Assembly (NCBI GenBank): GCA_964035545.1
Contig: OZ037769.1
Coordinates: forward strand, 14,786,633 to 14,850,632
Source of the DNA: Bugula neritina
Taxonomy: Eukaryota; Animalia; Bryozoa
Direction of reading: 5' to 3'
Length of the DNA: 64,000 nt
Shown here: positions 60,101 to 64,000 of the stretch, piece after piece
Position numbering within the stretch: the stretch's first letter is position 1
Layout: each line of letters opens with the position of its first letter
Program-made: the position numbers and the translations under genes
Notes under the pieces: generated by a model
What the model saw: the letters and a program-made list of their open reading frames with translations, nothing else
Database searches by the model: none
Told to the model about the DNA's origin: nothing

Positions 60101-62606
60101 GATTTCAAGTTTTTATAACAATTAAGTGATATAACTTCATATACATTACAAGTGTCTATAGTATATATAATCTCAAACATCACTTTGCCATATACCAAGG
60201 GTTCAGCCAGCACAATTAGCTGTAATAGCTGATGTGTGTTATATTATACTGTAGCTGTATTCTATACACAAACAGTGTGTTTGTAATGAACATGTAGGAT
60301 GAAACTAACAATCATATCATAACCACTGCAGCTAATAAATAACCACTTACTGCTTGTTATCTCAACAAGGTGTAGGCAAACCATACTAATTATTATATCT
60401 GTTTCTTACCTGCATATTTCTTTTAATTAGTTACAGACATGGTTTATATTGGTAGCGCTGCCTACTTAAATGCTGCCTTAAATCTTTGTGGTATTGGCTT
60501 AAGTTGTTGAAAGGTAGAACGCTATAAGTGTAAAGGCTTGCAGATGGCAACATATTAGCTCAAAACCTCTCAGTTTACAAAGGTGTTTTCACCATTCCCC
60601 AAATTAGAAAAAGCAACATTTTTTTTAAATTAGGAAACCTTAAAATATTAAATTTTAAATATTTTTTCCTCTATGCCCCTCACCCATTTGATAATCTAAA
60701 AATATACTAGTCTCAGCTTAAGTTGTTTCAAATGCTGAATAAATATTTAATTTTAGTTCCATTAACACTTTTACAAGACTATATTGGAGTAAAATATAGA
60801 CATAGTATCCTATAATCGGTTTAAGTTCACCTGCTAGATTGAAATTCTGACCATGTGCCAAGTCCTTTAGGTGTTTCAAGGCAAACAAATTCCTAATAAT
60901 CAATTTTTGAATTCCATCTCAAGTGGGCTTGAGTCAAATCCGAACGAGGTAATCTCAACTGGCACCTCACCTGTAGTAAAATCTTCTATTTTAAACATCC
61001 TTTGAGTGGGAAAGTATTTTTATGTTTGATTCAATTTTTAAAACCCCAAGACTGTCTAATCTACTGATTGTACAGCCCCTTCCGCGCAGACAAAAGTTAA
61101 CTCTTACGCAATTAGTAGACCACATGTGCTCCCACCTGGGCTATGGCTCACATATGCGTACAGGAATGTGCAGAGAGACTCATGTAAAGTTACATTCTGT
61201 TTTGATGTGCTATTTCTGTAACATTTCTCTGGTCTGCACTCGTCTAGCCCAAGTCTTTACCTGCTTTCAATGTAGTGTCTGGGATGTTAAGCAAGATGAA
61301 TACAGTTGGTACTGTTTAGTGTGATAAAATGGAAACATTCCTTTATAAAATAGTTGCTCAAGTTTATTAATGGCAATAAAACTAATATTTCAACAACTGT
61401 TGCCGTTTTAGGGCAAGAAAATTATGGATATATATTTAGCATTAGGGGTATAAATATATACGTAAGAAACTGTAAATGGCAAATTAGAATATATTTTGCT
61501 CTATAGATTTTTTATGGATCAATTAGGTAGTGTCAGTGTTCCTGCATTTTCCTCAAAACTAAAAAAAATTCTCGCTCCACATTGCCAAGGTATTCAGCTT
61601 CAATTCATTTTTATAATAATAGTTGTATTAAGGTATAGTTTTACATGACCTACATCTACTTACATGTTGATGAGTTCGAAGTTTCTCTGCCACGGCAGGC
61701 AATTCATAAATTTGCTACTTTCTGTTGACAGGCAGCCCATTCAACTGTAAGATTGGTGGAGTGACCACCAATAAGGAAGAGTCTATCGTCTCTCGAACTG
61801 TCAAGGTTGTAGAGACGACACATGTGGGCAGTGTCTGTGAGCTCGTGCTCAAAGTGCCAGGTGAGTTGTGGTGCTCAGGCTAGGTTGTTAGTTATATATG
61901 AGTTCCTTATCTAGCCTGCGGTCTTATCAAATATCTAGCAAAGGCACAAATGCTTGACTGGTGAAAATGTTTTTTTGTCATGATTTTTGTAACTTGCTAT
62001 TTTAATAAGATATTACAATAAATTTATCTACATATGTCTTTTTCTGATAATTTTTCTGTTTATGGTTGATGATAGTTGAAATTGTTTAACCTACCTTTTA
62101 GTTGTAAATTTCAACAGAAATTCTGTAAGGTGAAGTTGTGCCCACATCTCTGTGCCAAAAATTTTCTTCTTTTTCCAAACAATTCACTTTACTAGGAGTT
62201 GCTTTCTCGGTCTATATAGATGATTAATTTGCATTATTTCACTAGTGATTTCTCACAGGCTAATCTGCTATGACATTTAGACCTCATGTATTTGACCTCT
62301 AGGCCTGATGTCGTCTGCTAATTGCCAATAAGGGGCGAAGCTAATCATAGCCTTATTTCTATTTGACAGGTTCAGACCCGATGGACATGGTCGCCTCCGT
62401 AACGTCGCCCGAGGGCAAGACTGAGCTCTGCGACATAGTAGATCAATCAGATGATCATTATACTATTAAGTTTAGTCCCAAGGAAATGGGCGTTCATATT
62501 ATTTGTGTTAAACATAAGGGACTGCATATCCCGGGCAGTCCATTTCAGTTTACTGTTGGACCCATAGTTGAAGGAGGGGCGCATAAAGTGCATGCCAATG
62601 GCGACG
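24197..62606 (+). CDS. FLNA: Filamin (filamin-A/cheerio-like): CH1-CH2 actin-binding domain, 13 Ig repeats, long hinge, then equivalents of vertebrate Ig16-Ig21; 3' end outside the window
   Basis: Hallmarks: [63 protein letters not shown], and repeated AYGPG...GSPF Ig units. Exons: 24175-24352, 26191-26377, 26681-26941, 27146-27243, 28045-28192, 28560-28678 or 29231-29349, 30015-30092, 30577-30739, 31475-31675, 32168-32305, 33640-33773, 34062-34197, 34341-34519, 35026-35149, 35263-35396, 35966-36168, 36575-36717, 37439-38080, 38890-39063, 39369-39569, 39858-39980, 40550-40698, 41059-41204, 41709-41862, 42082-42271, 42467-42643, 42900-42964, 43491-44828, 45546-45638, 46055-46138, 47741-47867, 48366-48506, 49359-49487, 49794-49976 or 50536-50709, 51113-51271, 52010-52213, 59191-59343, 61732-61860, 62370-62606. 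All are GT-AG and phase-compatible. The symbol denotes the family, not 1:1 orthology. Confidence 0.97.
27284..27515. repeat. Minisatellite, ~16-bp unit TAGCAGAC(A/G)TATATA
   Basis: About 13 tandem copies with variable TA length. Confidence 0.92.
27738..27978. repeat. (CTACT)n pentanucleotide microsatellite
   Basis: Directly visible; degenerate at the edges. Confidence 0.93.
28560..28678 (+). CDS. FLNA: Filamin Ig1 exon variant A (mutually exclusive pair 1)
   Basis: 119 nt, phase 1 to 0; [40 protein letters not shown]. Confidence 0.9.
29231..29349 (+). CDS. FLNA: Filamin Ig1 exon variant B (mutually exclusive pair 1)
   Basis: 119 nt, phase 1 to 0, TTTACTAG|...CAG|GTAATA; [40 protein letters not shown], 19/40 identical to variant A. 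Confidence 0.85.
32971..32988 (+). CDS. FLNA: Candidate 18-nt filamin microexon (EVNEDP) in Ig3
   Basis: ATTGTTTTAG|AAGTGAACGAGGATCCTG|GTAAGT; phase 1-1 like the host intron; no stop. Confidence 0.65.
34508..34606 (+). repeat. 21-bp tandem repeat spanning an exon-intron junction (duplicated 5' splice sites)
   Basis: Unit AACYCAGCTYAG|GTRAGTTCT, ~4.7 copies. Confidence 0.9.
43491..44828 (+). CDS. FLNA: Filamin hinge exon, 446 aa, Q/N/P/Y-rich with ([10 protein letters not shown])n repeats
   Basis: GTATCAG|GCT...GAG|GTATAG; 1338 nt, phase 0-0, open throughout; lies between the Ig15-like and Ig16-like repeats. Confidence 0.82.
43810..44370 (+). repeat. Coding 15/30-bp tandem repeat with 150-bp higher-order period
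   Basis: AACCAGCCCTACCAG / AATCAGCCCAATCAG units; the GGCCAGCCTTTCGCA variant recurs at 44031 and 44181. Confidence 0.93.
46204..46356. repeat. 34-bp minisatellite, ~4.5 copies
   Basis: Unit GCTATTGCTTTGTCACAATACTGTGTATCAGTCC. Confidence 0.92.
46917..46990. repeat. 14-bp tandem repeat, ~5 copies
   Basis: Unit GTCTGATGTATGTT. Confidence 0.88.
48036..48258 (-). mobile_element. tRNA-derived SINE, copy 2
   Basis: Reverse complement reads GCCGTGGTGTAGAGG...GGTTTAAACTCC...TTGGTGATGTTAAGAAGAGCATCCAGTCATAATTACTCCTGTGCC...GTGACTATAAA, followed by a T-rich tail. Candidate TSD ATATATAGA at 48027-48035 and 48259-48267. Confidence 0.85.
49794..49976 (+). CDS. FLNA: Filamin Ig17-equivalent exon variant A (mutually exclusive pair 2)
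   Basis: 183 nt, phase 1-1; [60 protein letters not shown]. Confidence 0.88.
49988..50047. repeat. 18-bp tandem repeat, ~3.3 copies
   Basis: Unit GCTGCCACTGCGTGTCAC. Confidence 0.88.
50536..50709 (+). CDS. FLNA: Filamin Ig17-equivalent exon variant B (mutually exclusive pair 2)
   Basis: 174 nt, phase 1-1; [57 protein letters not shown]. No A/B-strand exon lies between the two variants. Confidence 0.86.
51272..51585. repeat. 34-bp minisatellite (~8 copies) starting at a splice donor, rich in (G)TGAGTCA
   Basis: Unit GAGTCATCATATAGTGTTAGTCATACACTAGAAT. Confidence 0.92.
55921..56002. repeat. 82-nt near-perfect hairpin (~35-bp stem)
   Basis: GTGACTTTCACTGAACTTTGCTAGATGGAAAGGGG ... CCCCTTCCCATCTAACAAAGTACAGTGAAAGTCAC, 3 mismatches. 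Confidence 0.85.
57456..57522 (+). CDS. Candidate internal first exon for a short C-terminal filamin isoform ([22 protein letters not shown])
   Basis: AAAATGC start; GC-rich island in an AT-rich 7-kb intron; phase-1 donor G|GTACGA matches exon 59191; CCAAT ~130 nt upstream. Confidence 0.45.
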
Positions 62607-64000
62607 GTAATGTAAAACCTTCTGTTAATGAAGTTAAATTTAGACATTATATACCACATTTCTAATCCTTCAGACTGACTGTGGTATAGCCTTGTGTTTC
62701 TAATGTGGACTGATTAGATCAGGGGGGGGGTTTGTTCGTCCCGCTAAGTTAGAGACAAACTTATTCTATAAGCGTCTGACGTTAACAATCATATGTCCAT
62801 CGTAGACTGATAAACATGTTTCTATGTTTCTTCCAGTACGAGAATGATGTTGATTAGCTCATTATGTTTGAGTGTAGAGCATATATTACTGTTTGGTTGT
62901 AATACAGTTATTTAATCTTATAAGATAGAGACAGTAGAACAAGCTAGACAGTGTAATAATTAACTGAATATTAGATGAAAGACATGAACTCAGCACCAGC
63001 TCTTGCTTTGGTGCACAGACGGTTGCTAAAACAATAACATATATTATTTTGTTATATTTATTATGCTGATTACTCACTGTAGTGTGATGTATTATTGAGT
63101 GTTGTCTTCCCTTTATGATTAGGTGCTCTTTCTAGAATTATCTTTTGTTGATTTTAAATATAAATCCAAATGGCTTCAGTTGCTTTATCTCTCATGTAGT
63201 AGACATTTTAAATCCCTAGCCATCTATAAATTGTTGAGAAAAAGTTGTTTTGTTACGGAGTTGTGCTCCTTTGGTGATGTAATGGTTCGTTGGTCTGATT
63301 AGTAAAGTAAGTATTTCTGTCAACTTGGTTGACTTTTCTGGGAAATTTTTTTTTACAAATTCAAACAGATTACAAGTTTTATCTTACTTTTCAGCTGCAA
63401 TAGAAATGTAAAGGCTGTGTTTATTTATAGTAGATATGGATGTCTTCCAATAATTGTGGCCTATTTGAATTTTGCTAAAAAAATTTCTCCCAGTGAGTGT
63501 GGAGTAATTTATTCTAGTATATATAAATTAAATATATAATATAATACATATAATAAATATAATATCCTGTAGTATACATAGTTTATATTGTAATATATAT
63601 TATATTATATGCAATAAGTTTAATTCATGTTTCATAACTTTGAGATTTGTTTAGGAAGTTTTCAACTCTTGTAATGTGCTGCAGTGTAATAAAGCAGTCA
63701 CACATCAGGCTTACATTTGACTAGTTATGGGTGGGAGAGTTTTAGATCCAGGGGAAATAACTCCTTGTTTGTCAGATACATTGTAATAGAAAATGATACA
63801 AAAGGAGTTAATTTCCCATTTAGAGAGTTGTTTAGCTTGATATTACTTGTTCATTGAGTTTAAAATATGAGATCCGCATTGTTTGTTTATAAATTGATAT
63901 TGTTGTAATATTTCATTGCCAATATAAATCGATTTTCCAAAAAAAATTTGCCGGATTTTTACAAGATTAACATCTTTTAGTATCTCAAAAAGCTTGTAAT

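Overview
AT-rich, intron-rich invertebrate animal DNA (a lophotrochozoan origin is an inference). (1) 1-11177: the last eight coding exons of an unrecognised + strand gene with a charged, disordered C-terminus. Its introns carry a ~3.4-kb long-TIR foldback DNA element with a nested 789-bp CAC...GTG MITE, a young 5'-truncated CR1/L2-group LINE with an intact APE-RT ORF2, and a tRNA-derived SINE. (2) 11953-14527: two tandem intronless minus-strand genes for secreted proteins built as signal peptide, Cys-bracketed helical module, Thr-rich mucin stalk and UMOD/GP2/OIT3-type D8C domain, with no ZP module. (3) ~15666 to beyond 62606: a large filamin gene that runs off the window end. Reading the introns by hand reveals a combinatorial splicing system that the ORF track does not show. 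It comprises two pairs of duplicated, apparently mutually exclusive exons (Ig1, and the ligand-binding face of the Ig17 equivalent), an 18-nt microexon, a tandemly amplified 5' splice site, a skippable exon that removes exactly two Ig repeats, a 446-aa Q/N/P/Y repeat hinge exon, candidate alternative first and last exons, and RBFOX-type TGCATG motifs beside the alternative exons. All gene models come from splice consensus, phase and remembered family motifs; no searches or RNA data were used.
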